DNA of 63,997 bases, filler included, from an uncultured Methanosarcinales archaeon (GTDB lineage: Archaea; Nanobdellota; Nanobdellia; Woesearchaeales; CAZKBD01): the NCBI GenBank assembly GCA_964550945.1. It is 16 parts of 16 records of this genome, joined end to end, with 100 filler letters (N's around TTAATTAATTAA, not from the genome) between each part and the next. Parts side by side here need not be neighbours in the genome. Positions count along the whole stretch, not along the records: positions 27,577 to 31,425 come from CAZKBD010000126.1; positions 31,526 to 35,335 come from CAZKBD010000127.1; positions 35,436 to 39,224 come from CAZKBD010000128.1; positions 39,325 to 43,034 come from CAZKBD010000129.1; 12 more parts are not named here. One strand, given 5' to 3'. Every line of letters begins with the position of its first letter. Position 1 is the first letter of the stretch. Below are positions 31,327 through 41,641 of this stretch, one piece after another. Made by a program: the position numbers and the translations under genes. A model generated the notes under the pieces. That model was not told the DNA's origin, searched no databases, and worked only from the letters and a program-made list of their open reading frames with translations.

Positions 31327-31525
31327 ACTTAAACCAAACATTTAAAATACTTCTTCTATTCTGATTTTCCTAACATTATGAACTCTATAGAAGTTTATGA
31401 CTTGGTAAAAACCTTCAGGGAGAAANNNNNNNNNNNNNNNNNNNNNNNNNNNNNNNNNNNNNNNNNNNNTTAATTAATTAANNNNNNNNNNNNNNNNNNN
31501 NNNNNNNNNNNNNNNNNNNNNNNNN

Positions 31526-31760
31526 CAAATTTTAATCTATCTTCGAAATAGGCTATAGTTGAACCATCTGGCGAAACTTTTGGGAAACTAATACCTGACC
31601 TGTAGGCTGAAGTTATTAATCTTCTTATTGCTTTAACTTCAATTTCTGGTTTGGCTTCAGCAGCCTGAACAACAGTAGAACCAGCTAGAGGAGATAATGC
31701 TAGACCCGCCATTGCTTTACAGAATGTACGTCTCGTAATATCCCCTAAATCATTGCTCAT
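31526..31760 (-). CDS. Tat-signal protein with a TolB/PD40-like repeat (fragment)
   Basis: ITRRTFCKAM twin-Arg motif, hydrophobic stretch, PKVSPDGSTIAY. Confidence 0.65.
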
Positions 31761-31901
31761 AAATGTGGGATTGTAAGCAAACTTATAAACTTTATGGATA
31801 TTTCAGTCTATATTTGTTTTATGCTAAGTTTGTCAAGAGATATAATGAACATATTGATTAACCGCTAGTTTTAAATTTTTTGTTAATTATAGAAAGACAT
31901 T

Positions 31902-32402
31902 TCAAGATTTATCATTCTTGTTGGGTCCTTTTTTAAAAATAAGATATCCAACAACTGCAGCTGATATAATCCCAAGATATGGCAAATAAATGCGAGTAAA
32001 ATACGAATGTATCGCTTGTTCCTTCTGCATTGCAAATTCTAATGCTGGTTGAGTCTCTGAGATAGTTAAATTATCGATTATACCCCTTGCATGTGCAAGT
32101 ATTAAGAGGATTATAGCCACCCACAATAGAAAACCAACCAATTTGTAAAATTGGTAATATTTTTCTGATTTAAAGATATTCTCACTTGATAACCAAATAA
32201 AAAAGAACGAAAAAATACCTATGAAAGCTACTTTTACCAGGATAGTCAAAAAAGCGGAATTTCCAGTCATCAAAAATATTGGGTTAGTTTCGAATGCCAT
32301 CCATTTGCCAAAATAGAAGGTCAGGATATCCAAAATAACTGCAATCCACAAACCAATTAGAAGAGTATTCCTTATTATTTTTTTGTGTTGATCGTTTATC
32401 AT
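31902..32402 (-). CDS. Small membrane protein (DUF5658-like D..T...E.NP motif)
   Basis: Four TM segments; LDILT...FETNP. Confidence 0.6.
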   Translation of the reverse strand: MINDQHKKIIRNTLLIGLWIAVILDILTFYFGKWMAFETNPIFLMTGNSAFLTILVKVAFIGIFSFFFIWLSSENIFKSEKYYQFYKLVGFLLWVAIILLILAHARGIIDNLTISETQPALEFAMQKEQAIHSYFTRIYLPYLGIISAAVVGYLIFKKGPNKNDKS

Positions 32403-32536
32403 TTTATCCTGTCTTTTATCTCGTTAATGCTCATCTTGTCCAAATTTTTCCCTAATTTCCTGTATAGCTGTATCCTTTGATACTTCTCCCAATCATCACT
32501 CATGCCCAAGTCCAGAAATTTGCTCCAAAATTCCAT
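32399..32536 (-). CDS. 45-aa hypothetical protein (absent from the ORF track)
   Basis: MEFWSKFLDLGMSDDWEKYQRIQLYRKLGKNLDKMSINEIKDRIK*; AGGTAG upstream; ATGA overlap with the next gene. Confidence 0.5.
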   Translation of the reverse strand: MEFWSKFLDLGMSDDWEKYQRIQLYRKLGKNLDKMSINEIKDRIK

Positions 32537-32542
32537 TTTGAT

Positions 32543-32956
32543 CTACCTGCTTCTTTTTGATTTTTTCTCACTTTCATTTAGCCACTTGATTTTCTTCTTG
32601 ACAAGATCAATAGCAGCTTTCTTGTTATTCTCAATCTCTTCTGTAACTTTGTCAGAGACCTTTGCTTTTAGCTTAGACAGGCTCTTTTGTATCTCCAGCA
32701 GCTCTTTGCGGTCGTTTGTAAGCTCAATCCTAGCTTTGAGAGTGTAAAAATAATCTTTTATGTGGTCTAATGCTGTGTCTTTTTTTGCATAATCAAAAAT
32801 ATCCTCAAAAAAACCGGGTTTCTCTGCAGCTTCTTCTAGAGTTATATCTTTCTCATCTAGTGTTGTCTGCTTATCATCATTCTTTTGCTCAGACTGAGAG
32901 CTGATGTATATGTTTTCATTGCAATTCGGGCATCTTGCTTTAATTGTGATTTCCAT
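32543..32956 (-). CDS. Zinc-ribbon-like (CPNC) plus coiled-coil protein
   Basis: GGTGAT RBS before ATG 32956; ARCPNC. Confidence 0.6.
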   Translation of the reverse strand: MEITIKARCPNCNENIYISSQSEQKNDDKQTTLDEKDITLEEAAEKPGFFEDIFDYAKKDTALDHIKDYFYTLKARIELTNDRKELLEIQKSLSKLKAKVSDKVTEEIENNKKAAIDLVKKKIKWLNESEKKSKRSR

Positions 32957-32966
32957 TTTTATCACC

Positions 32967-33428
32967 TTACCATATAACTGATTTAGTTGATTCATTAACA
33001 ACCCATTTCCCATTTATCTTATTCAAAAATACATAATACTCGCCTTTGCAATTCTGTATTCCTTTTGTTATCTTGTTTATTGGCGTGCAATCGTATTTGA
33101 TGAAAGCGACAAAGGTATCATTATCCATCATTCTTGAACAGCAGGATTGTTCATTTTCCTGGCTTTTAGCCCATCTTTCTGATACAAATTGTGCAGCAAA
33201 ACTTCCGTCCTTGATATTTAAATAGATGAAATAACTCAATGCAAAGATGGAAAATATGCCAATACCAATTCCAATAAAGGGCAATACTTTCTCCCACATT
33301 TTTGTCTTTGGCTTTTTCCTTAGCTTCTTGATCAGGTCAAGCTGGCCTTTATCGTACTGAGACCTCTTTTTTTTCTTTTTCAGCTCTTTTTTGACGCTTT
33401 TTATTATCTCAATCTCTGTCTCATTCAT
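32967..33428 (-). CDS. Hypothetical single-TM protein
   Basis: Basic N-terminus, one TM helix, Cys-containing C-terminal domain; overlaps the upstream gene. Confidence 0.6.
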   Translation of the reverse strand: MNETEIEIIKSVKKELKKKKKRSQYDKGQLDLIKKLRKKPKTKMWEKVLPFIGIGIGIFSIFALSYFIYLNIKDGSFAAQFVSERWAKSQENEQSCCSRMMDNDTFVAFIKYDCTPINKITKGIQNCKGEYYVFLNKINGKWVVNESTKSVIW

Positions 33429-33694
33429 CCTTTGCCCCGATGATCTTTTTTCTTGGCTACCTGTAAGCCTATTGGCTCTTTATACACAGCCTTGTTTATT
33501 TTTAATGGTGAACACTTCTTATGATATGCAGCTAACTGATATGCTTCTTTGACTCCTACTTTAAAATCAGACTTTGGATCTTTCTCAATCATTTCGTCAT
33601 ATAAGCATAAAGATACAACTTCATCTCCTATCTTAAATTCTTTAAAACACATACCGCACCTATCTAAGCTCTTAACATCTATTTCATATCTCAT
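33425..33694 (-). CDS. Putative zinc-finger protein (CxxC...HxxC)
   Basis: GGTGA RBS before ATG 33694; CGMC and HKKC. Confidence 0.6.
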   Translation of the reverse strand: MRYEIDVKSLDRCGMCFKEFKIGDEVVSLCLYDEMIEKDPKSDFKVGVKEAYQLAAYHKKCSPLKINKAVYKEPIGLQVAKKKDHRGKG

Positions 33695-33868
33695 TTTATC
33701 ACCCTCACCGTTTTCTAAATCGGCGTTTGTTTGAGGAAAGATGAGCATATATTTAAACCTTTCTATATTTTTTATAGACAATTCCATAAGATTTATATAC
33801 AAGTAGCTATTTACTAACTAAATATTTATATAATTTGAGTAATTACAACCTCATCAGGGGGTGTTTTG

Positions 33869-34444
33869 ATGCAGAAAGTGATGATATCTACACTATGGGA
33901 AGCTAATGTTGTGCCTATAGTGATCTATAAGCTGACTCCTTCTAAAGTTATCCTGGTTACTGATGATAATTCAAAAAGGAAAAAAGCATCTTCTGACTTA
34001 AAAAAGCAGTTTCCTAATGTCAAGTTTGATTCTGTCAAAGTGCATGAGTTTGATGTTCCTGAAGTCACTAAGAAAATTGTTGAAGCTGCCAAAAAAGAAG
34101 AAGGCAATGAAATTTATATACATGTCACAGAAGGAAGAAAAACAATGTTTTTAGGCGGTATTTTTGCTGCTTCTATGCTGAAAGATAAGACAAAAGGAGC
34201 TTTTTATCTAAGGGAAGACAATAATGAACTGATGAATGTGCCTTTGATGGAATTTAAGATATCTGATACAAAAGCCAAAATCCTGAAAGAATTAGGCAAA
34301 GGCAACCGTAAAGTAGCAGATATCACAAAAAAAGCAGATGTGCATAGAAGCCTTGTATATGCAGCAATAAAGGATATGATAAACACTGGCTTATTAACAG
34401 CAGACTGGAAACTGACTGATGCTGGCAAGATTGCGGTGATGTGA
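33869..34444 (+). CDS. CARF-like + winged-HTH transcriptional regulator (Csa3/DUF6293-like)
   Basis: VMISTL strand, KVILVTD, HVTEGRKTM (CARF motif 2-like), C-terminal HTH and LTDAGKIA wing. Confidence 0.75.
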   Translation: MQKVMISTLWEANVVPIVIYKLTPSKVILVTDDNSKRKKASSDLKKQFPNVKFDSVKVHEFDVPEVTKKIVEAAKKEEGNEIYIHVTEGRKTMFLGGIFAASMLKDKTKGAFYLREDNNELMNVPLMEFKISDTKAKILKELGKGNRKVADITKKADVHRSLVYAAIKDMINTGLLTADWKLTDAGKIAVM

Positions 34445-34446
34445 AG

Positions 34447-35335
34447 ATGAAAAAATCTAAAAAGATGCAAAACACGGAAAGGGAATTTTCTCAGGTAATT
34501 TCACTTATTCAAAAAGCCAAAGAAAAGGCAATTTGTTCTGTTAATGCGGAACTAATCTCCTTATATTGGAATGTAGGAGAATATATCAGTAAAAAGGTCG
34601 GATCTGCGGAATGGGGGGAAGGGATAGTTGACAATTTAGCAGAATATATCCAAAAAAAAGAGCCAGAAATAAAAGGCTTTAATCGGCGTGGGCTCTTTAG
34701 GATGATGCAGTTTTATTCTGAATATAAGAATAATAGAAAAGTGTCTCCGTTGTTGACACAACTTAGCTGGAGCAATCATCTCTTGATATTATCCAAAACT
34801 AAATCTATTGAGGAGAAGGAATTCTATATCCTTTTATCAATAAAAGAGAGATATTCAAAGCGGGAGTTGGAAAGGCAGATTGATAGCAGCGTTTTTGAGC
34901 GCCAAATGCTATCTAATAAGAAAGTGTCACCAGTGGCGACACAATTGAATCAGGGGCTTGCAAACTGCTTCAAAGACACTTATGTTCTTGATTTCCTTGA
35001 CTTGCCGAAAAACCATACTGAGAAAAATTTGCAGACCGCATTGATTGAGAATTTTAAGCATTTTGTGCTGGAATTTGGAAAAGATTTTGCTTTTGTCGGG
35101 CAGGAATATAGGGTGCAGGTCGGAAACAATGATTATTTTATAGATTTGCTTTTCTATCACAGAGGGCTTCAATGCCTGGTTGCTTTTGAATTGAAAACCG
35201 AAGATTTCAAGCCAGAGTTTGTAGGGAAGCTAAATTTTTATCTAGAAGCTCTTGACAGGGATATAAAGAAGAAGCATGAAAACCCATCTGTTGGTGTAAT
35301 CCTGTGCAAGAGCAAGGACGATGAGGTAGTTGAAT
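34447..35335 (+). CDS. YhcG/DUF1016 PD-(D/E)XK nuclease-domain protein (3' truncated)
   Basis: YWNVG, LSWS.H, KDTYVLDFL, IDLLFYH, FELKTEDF, GKLNFYL. Confidence 0.93.
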
Positions 35336-35601
35336 NNNNNNNNNNNNNNNNNNNNNNNNNNNNNNNNNNNNNNNNNNNNTTAATTAATTAANNNNNNNNN
35401 NNNNNNNNNNNNNNNNNNNNNNNNNNNNNNNNNNNCAAAGAAAGTCTCAATCTTTACATTAAATAATCTATTTATGAACTCTTTTATTTTATCTAATAAA
35501 TCGGTCATATTAAGGATACATATTATAGAGGATTAATAAATATTCCTATTTTTAAACGGAACTCCCCCAACGACTAAAAACTAAACGACTAACTGACGAA
35601 A

Positions 35602-35679
35602 TGTCCCCTTTGATACTTGTTCTTGATGTATCGCTTTGCTCATTTGATAGAACGCCCTCTTTCTCAACTTTGCTTCGCA
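35602..35679 (+). repeat. Homolog of the right end of the large structured element (62058-62134, opposite strand)
   Basis: TGTCCCCTTTGATACTTGTTCTTGATGTATCGCTTTGCTCATTTGATAGAACG nearly matches the reverse complement of 62082-62134. Confidence 0.8.
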
Positions 35680-35866
35680 ATTTCTCCCACTTTGTAGTCA
35701 GAAGGATTTAACAACATGCATATGTTATATCTAATAGTCTATTGAAACTAAATGAATTCAGAAAAATAAGGATAATAACGCCTGAAAAATTTGACAAAAT
35801 CTGTTAAAATACATTCTCCATTATCATTCCAAAACATTTTTAAATACACCATAATATTTACTAATA

Positions 35867-37690
35867 ATGATGTCTCATACAATCCATAAGCTGGTGCCAG
35901 ACACTTCTGTTTTGATAGAAGGCCTTGTATCCCAAAAAATCGAAAAGAACGAACTAGAAGTAGATGCTGTTATAATCCACGAAGCAGTCTTGGCAGAGCT
36001 GGAGTATCAGGCTAATCTGAATAAGGCCATTGGTTTTTTAGGCCTGGACGAAATAAAAAAATTAAGGGATATTTCAAAAAATAAATTCTCAATTGAGTTT
36101 GAAGGCCAAAGGCCTAAAGCTTCTGAGATAAAATACGCTTCACTTGGCGAGATTGACAGCATGATAAGGCAGCTCGCCTGGGATATTGATGGGACTTTAT
36201 TGACATCAGACAAGGTTCAGGCAAAAGTTGCAGAAGCTCGCGGTGTAAAAGTAATCCATATCGAGCCTACAAAAATAGAAAGAAAGCTCATACTTGATAA
36301 GTTCTTTGATGAAACAACCATGAGTGTTCATTTAAGGGAAAATGTTGTTCCTTATGCGAAAAAAGGATTTCCAGGCAATTGGAAATTTGAAGCCTTAAGA
36401 AAAAAGGAGTTAACTCGGGACGAGATTCAGGACATTTCAAAAGAGATCATTGAAGAGGCAAAATTAAGAAAAGACGGATTTATAGAGATAGAAAGGCCAG
36501 GCTCAACCATTGTTCAATTAGGCAAATACAGGATTGTAATAACCAAGCCCCCATTTTCAGATGGCTGGGAAATAACAGCAGTAAGGCCTGTCAGAAAATT
36601 GAACCTGGATGATTACAAGCTGTCTGAAAAGCTAAAAAAGAGGATTGCAGAGCAGGCAGAAGGGGTTTTGGTTGCCGGAAGCCCGGGAATGGGAAAAACA
36701 ACATTTGCGCAGGCATTAGCTGAATATTATGCTGATCAGGAAAAAATTGTTAAGACAGTTGAAGCGCCAAGAGATTTAATTCTGCCTGATAAAATAACCC
36801 AGTATTCCCTAAGCCACGGAGATGCACAAGAGATTCATGACGTACTATTATTATCAAGGCCAGACTATACTATCTTTGATGAGATGAGAAATACAGATGA
36901 CTTTAGGCTGTTTGCAGACTTAAGATTGGCAGGCGTTGGCATGGTAGGAGTAGTTCATGCAACTAACCCTATTGACGCTATCCAAAGATTTATTGGGAGG
37001 GTTGAGATGGGTGTTATCCCTCAAGTGATAGACACAGTTGTTTTTATCAAAAATGGATTGATAAACAAAGTTCTAAGCCTAAAAATGACCGTTAAGGTTC
37101 CATCAGGAATGACAGAAGCAGATTTGGCAAGGCCAGTTGTTGTCGTTAATGATTTTGAGACGCAGAAATTAGAGTATGAGATATATTCTTACGGAGAGCA
37201 GACAGTTGTTATTCCTGTAGAAAAAGGCAAAACCAGATCAGGAGCGCATCAATTAGCCCAAAAAGAAATCGAACGTTATTTCAGCAATTATTCAAGAAAC
37301 TGCAGAGTAGAGATGGTCTCAGACAATAAATGCATTGTTTATGTTCCTGAGAGTGACATAGCAAGAATCATTGGCAAGCAAGGTAAAAATATAGATGAGA
37401 TCGAAAGCAGCTTAGGCATGAGCATAGATGTCCAGGAGCTTGGAGAAAAAAAAGAGCAAGGCGAACAAAAAGAAACTAATTATGACATAAGAATGAAAAA
37501 AAATTCAATTGTATTGGATCTCGGCCTTGAAAATCAAAACAAAGATGCTGATATTTATTTAGATGACACTTTTATCCTGACTGCAAGAGCAGGCAATACA
37601 GGAGTAGTAAAGATAAAAAAGAACAATAAGATAGGCTATTCATTGATAAAGTCAATTGATTCTGGAAAGAAGGTAAGGGTTCTTGTTTGA
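35867..37690 (+). CDS. PINA-type ATPase (PIN + P-loop ATPase + KH domain)
   Basis: VPDTSV PIN motif, GSPGMGKTT, FDEMR, C-terminal IIGKQGKNI KH motif. Confidence 0.92.
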   Translation: MMSHTIHKLVPDTSVLIEGLVSQKIEKNELEVDAVIIHEAVLAELEYQANLNKAIGFLGLDEIKKLRDISKNKFSIEFEGQRPKASEIKYASLGEIDSMIRQLAWDIDGTLLTSDKVQAKVAEARGVKVIHIEPTKIERKLILDKFFDETTMSVHLRENVVPYAKKGFPGNWKFEALRKKELTRDEIQDISKEIIEEAKLRKDGFIEIERPGSTIVQLGKYRIVITKPPFSDGWEITAVRPVRKLNLDDYKLSEKLKKRIAEQAEGVLVAGSPGMGKTTFAQALAEYYADQEKIVKTVEAPRDLILPDKITQYSLSHGDAQEIHDVLLLSRPDYTIFDEMRNTDDFRLFADLRLAGVGMVGVVHATNPIDAIQRFIGRVEMGVIPQVIDTVVFIKNGLINKVLSLKMTVKVPSGMTEADLARPVVVVNDFETQKLEYEIYSYGEQTVVIPVEKGKTRSGAHQLAQKEIERYFSNYSRNCRVEMVSDNKCIVYVPESDIARIIGKQGKNIDEIESSLGMSIDVQELGEKKEQGEQKETNYDIRMKKNSIVLDLGLENQNKDADIYLDDTFILTARAGNTGVVKIKKNNKIGYSLIKSIDSGKKVRVLV

Positions 37691-37692
37691 TT

Positions 37693-39096
37693 TTATCTTC
37701 CTATTGCTGATAAAACTCCTACACACCATTCATGCTCTCTTCGGTCTGCTGCTTCTATTGTTCCTGGCATCTGATACGGCTTAATATTCTGAAAATATGT
37801 TTCCTGAAGGTTTACCAAATGACGCAAAGCCTCATCAGCTCTAAAACTATTAGGCAAAACTGTTCCATAACTTGTTCGTCCACTCACCCAGTCTCTATTA
37901 TCTCTGAATTCTGTAAATGGTTTAGCTTTACCTACACCGTATGAAACATTTACAGCTACTTCATTTCCATCATGCCTGAATAACACTTTTGTAGGCCTGC
38001 CCTGTTCACCAATAACAAGATCATCATTATAATTTTCCCATCTAAGAACTTGCTCTTTTGCAAACATTTCTGCTGCTTTGTCTTCATGGTAGATCGTTAA
38101 TGCATCTTTTAATGCAGAAACTCTTGCTGCATGGATTCCCTGCCATCTTGGCGGGTCTATCTTATAATGGTACACCCGTTCAACAAGCTGATAAGGCCTA
38201 TCCGGATCTTCTATCCTTATTGAAAATAGGTATTCTCCTGTGCTTATCTCTTTTTCCTTTACCTCAAACCCCACTCCAGCGGCATAATCTCCCAAATCTA
38301 CTTGGGTAGCTAGGGTTGCTGGCCTTGCACCAACACTATTTCTTCCATATAAACTATACCCATAACCTAACCTTTTTAAGTCGCAATCTATCTCTATCCC
38401 AACAAATTCATGATGTTTAGGTGGCTTTTCTATTCTTTGTCGTAATCCAGCAGGTCCTTCAATTCTTGCTGATTCAATTAAGTCATTAAATGTTGGCAAA
38501 AATAAGTTATCATCCTCTAAGACTCTAACTTCTTCTGGCTCAATGCCTATTCCAATCACCCATGCATAAGCACCAGGCCCTTTTTCTCCTATCCAGTTAG
38601 TCCTGTAAAACTCTGCAATAGTGCAGCCATTTACAGTTACAAGTGACCTCATATCCGGGCTTGGTTTAAGGTAATCAGGAGCCAATCCCACTCTCTCCAT
38701 TTCTTGCCTTATCAAGTGGTCTCTTCTCTCATTGAATTCTATCCATGCGCTATCTTTATCACGGAATAACAAATTTTCTAAAAATTGTCCATTCTCAAAG
38801 ATTGTAATTTGGTAAGTTCCACCTAAATCATGAATCACCATATCCCTAATTGTGTGCCATGGATCTAAGCTGCCAATCCTTGCAACATGGTACTCTGAAA
38901 TATGCTCATTCTCAGGGATATAGTATCTTATTCCATTTTTCTCTGTTACTTCATTGGAATGTTCTGCTTCAATCAGACCTAATAGCTGATCAAGAGTTCT
39001 TGTTTCTTCCCTAATAACTATAGGTACAACTGCTTGCCCAAAAGCATACCCCTCAACAAGTTGCGTAGTAGTATCATCAAGTGTAGCAGTGCTCAT
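37693..39096 (-). CDS. Hypothetical 467-aa protein
   Basis: Long ORF with an RBS-like GGTGGGAG upstream; no recognised motif. Confidence 0.7.
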   Translation of the reverse strand: MSTATLDDTTTQLVEGYAFGQAVVPIVIREETRTLDQLLGLIEAEHSNEVTEKNGIRYYIPENEHISEYHVARIGSLDPWHTIRDMVIHDLGGTYQITIFENGQFLENLLFRDKDSAWIEFNERRDHLIRQEMERVGLAPDYLKPSPDMRSLVTVNGCTIAEFYRTNWIGEKGPGAYAWVIGIGIEPEEVRVLEDDNLFLPTFNDLIESARIEGPAGLRQRIEKPPKHHEFVGIEIDCDLKRLGYGYSLYGRNSVGARPATLATQVDLGDYAAGVGFEVKEKEISTGEYLFSIRIEDPDRPYQLVERVYHYKIDPPRWQGIHAARVSALKDALTIYHEDKAAEMFAKEQVLRWENYNDDLVIGEQGRPTKVLFRHDGNEVAVNVSYGVGKAKPFTEFRDNRDWVSGRTSYGTVLPNSFRADEALRHLVNLQETYFQNIKPYQMPGTIEAADRREHEWCVGVLSAIGR

Positions 39097-39324
39097 CTCC
39101 CACCACCTCTTATATGCCTATCTGTTAAGAACACCAAGAACTCTTCTTTTTTGGGACTAAACAGTTTGTTTTCCGTTTTAATCACCAATTTATTTTACTA
39201 TTTCACAGTAGTTAAAACTTATTTNNNNNNNNNNNNNNNNNNNNNNNNNNNNNNNNNNNNNNNNNNNNTTAATTAATTAANNNNNNNNNNNNNNNNNNNN
39301 NNNNNNNNNNNNNNNNNNNNNNNN

Positions 39325-40650
39325 CTTAAGATAATCAGTAGGTGAATGGGTTTTGCCGTCTTCACCAACATCAATTGAATTGTGAGTTGTAACTAATTTT
39401 AGATTTCCATCATTCATTGCTGTTAGCATATGCTCGTTATAGGTCATGCCATGCCCGAAAACTCCAAACATTGCCAGCCATGTTGAAACTCCCCTTGTTG
39501 AAACAGTTCCAGCTGTCACAGCAGTGCTGTGCTCCTGGACTCCTGCCTGAAAGAAATTATTTGGAAATGCTTGTGCAAAACCAGCAGTATTCACAGAACT
39601 TGCAACATCACAATCAAAAACAGCAATTGGCGAATAACCTTCTCTTGGGGTTCCATTCTCATTAAGTGTGCGTTTTGCTATATCAACTAAAGTTTTTCCA
39701 AATGCAGCCCTGCATGCCATTTTATCAGTATAAACTATTCTATCTCCAACATCAACTCTTGTTTCAAATAATGGCCTTCCTTGGAATCCTGTTGTTTGAT
39801 CACTTGCTCTTAATGCTGCATATTGTTCTAATCTGTTCTCATCGCCTAAATCAGCACAAGCAGCAGCTAAATCTTTTACTGGTTGGCCATGATATTTGTG
39901 AGTTCCTGCTGCTTCTTTAACGCCATTGCCCATAACTGTTTGTGCTAATATCACGTTAAAAGGTTTGGTTAGAGCAATACCAGACTCACTGCTCAAACTA
40001 ATAAATTGATCTCCATAAGCCTCACGTACCTCCCATCCATTTTCAATGAAATTACCGGGGACGTTCATAGGCATTACAGATTCAGTTGTACCGCTTAACT
40101 GCTGGCCGTTCATATCAACAAGGATGGTCACATTTCCTAAATCATATTTTTTCATAAATCTTAGTGATTCAGCAATAGGCCCTTTTGTCTGCTCTCCATC
40201 GCCCATTGCGCATAATATATGTGTATATTTATATCCTAACATCCTATCAGCAACAGCATGGCCTGCAGCAATCGCTGGCCCATAACCTAAATGGCCAGTT
40301 GAATCCCAAATAAAAGGAAAGTGATGAGAAACATGCCCGTCAACAACATCGTCTAAAGCTCTAAACTTTGCAACCATTACGTCATGTTTATCTGCTGGGA
40401 TTAGCCCTAAAGCAGCTATAGAAGCATATACTAAAGCAGAATAATGGCCCCCGCTTATTACAACCTTGTCACCAGTAGGATCATAAGGCTTATTTGGGTT
40501 TAGAATCAGACTGTCAATTCCAATTAACAAAGCTTCTGTAAAACCTAATGGCCCGCCAATATGGCCAGACTTTGCCACAGCAGTCATATGGACAATATCA
40601 CTTCTTACTTGCCTTGCTAAAACTTCTAACCTTTCTTGAGTACCAATCAT
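39325..40650 (-). CDS. tkt: Single-chain transketolase (3' truncated)
   Basis: SGHIGG, SGGH, TGHLG, GDGE TPP motif, HG, AGVQEH, VGEDGKTH. Confidence 0.9.
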
Positions 40651-40788
40651 ATTTATCCCCCTGATTATAATAATCTTCTTAGACAATCTTAAAGTGATGA
40701 AGCACTAATATAAAAATGTTACTATTCTAAAATAGGTATATCGCTCTATGACAACTTTTAAATATATCCCTAAGAATAACTCAATTCA

Positions 40789-41358
40789 ATGAAACAAAAA
40801 ATAAGAAAGGCTATTTTGGAAGAAAGGAACAAATTAACAGAAAAAGACATCAAAGAGAAGTCCAAACAAATAAAATCAAAACTTTTCTCATTGCCAGAAT
40901 TCAAAAAAGCAAAAACAGTGATGCTCTTTGCATCATTTGGCACTGAAGTTTTTACCCATGACATGATAAAAGAAGCGCTTAAACACAAGCAAGTAGCTGT
41001 TCCGGTTGTTAAAGGCGATAATTTGATAGCATCTAAAATAATTGATTTTAACGATTTGAACAAAAAGAGCAAATTTGGAATTTTAGAGCCATCAAAAATA
41101 AAAGAAGTGGATATTAATGAAATTGATTTAGTGATTGTCCCAGGAGTTGCTTTCGACTGCGCTGGCTACAGAATTGGTTATGGAAAAGGCTATTATGACA
41201 AATTTTTGAATGACTTTGAAAAAGAAAAGGTTGCTTTGGCGTTTGAACTGCAAATCCAAAAAGAGCTGCCAAATGAAGATCATGACGTTGTTGTCGATAA
41301 AATAGTAACTGAAAAAAGGATCATTAGGTGTGACCAGCTTCTTAAGTGTGATATATGA
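40789..41358 (+). CDS. 5-formyltetrahydrofolate cyclo-ligase
   Basis: GILEP, IDLVIVPGVAFD, RIGYGKGYYD. Confidence 0.95.
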   Translation: MKQKIRKAILEERNKLTEKDIKEKSKQIKSKLFSLPEFKKAKTVMLFASFGTEVFTHDMIKEALKHKQVAVPVVKGDNLIASKIIDFNDLNKKSKFGILEPSKIKEVDINEIDLVIVPGVAFDCAGYRIGYGKGYYDKFLNDFEKEKVALAFELQIQKELPNEDHDVVVDKIVTEKRIIRCDQLLKCDI

Positions 41359-41419
41359 ACTATAGTATAGAAATATTTAATAACCCGCTTAAAATCAATT
41401 TACAGAGTATGGGTGATTG

Positions 41420-41614
41420 TGATTTTCAGTTAATAATAAAATAATAATAATTCCACTAAAAATATTATATCAAAACATAAACATTTAATTTAAAATAAAA
41501 ACAATCACCAGTAATTTAAAATCAATGGTGATTATTAACCAATTAAAATAAAGATCAATGATAAAAATAATAACTTTTTACCAACTACTATCCAAGGTAA
41601 CACATACTTTTGTA
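41420..41614 (+). repeat. AT-rich dispersed non-coding element, family C (also 56881-57080; partial 20756-20869)
   Basis: Co-linear blocks TGATTTTCAGTTA, CAGTAAT-TTAAAATCAATGGTG, ACCA(A/G)CTACTATCC(A/T)AGG, ATACTTT(T)GTA. Confidence 0.7.
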
Positions 41615-41641
41615 TATTAAACAATAAACAAGGTGATTTAA

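Noticed and set aside
41360..41641. THF, ZTP or glycine riboswitch upstream of glyA
   Set aside because: Very AT-rich with no recognisable aptamer consensus, and the same element occurs before an unrelated gene.
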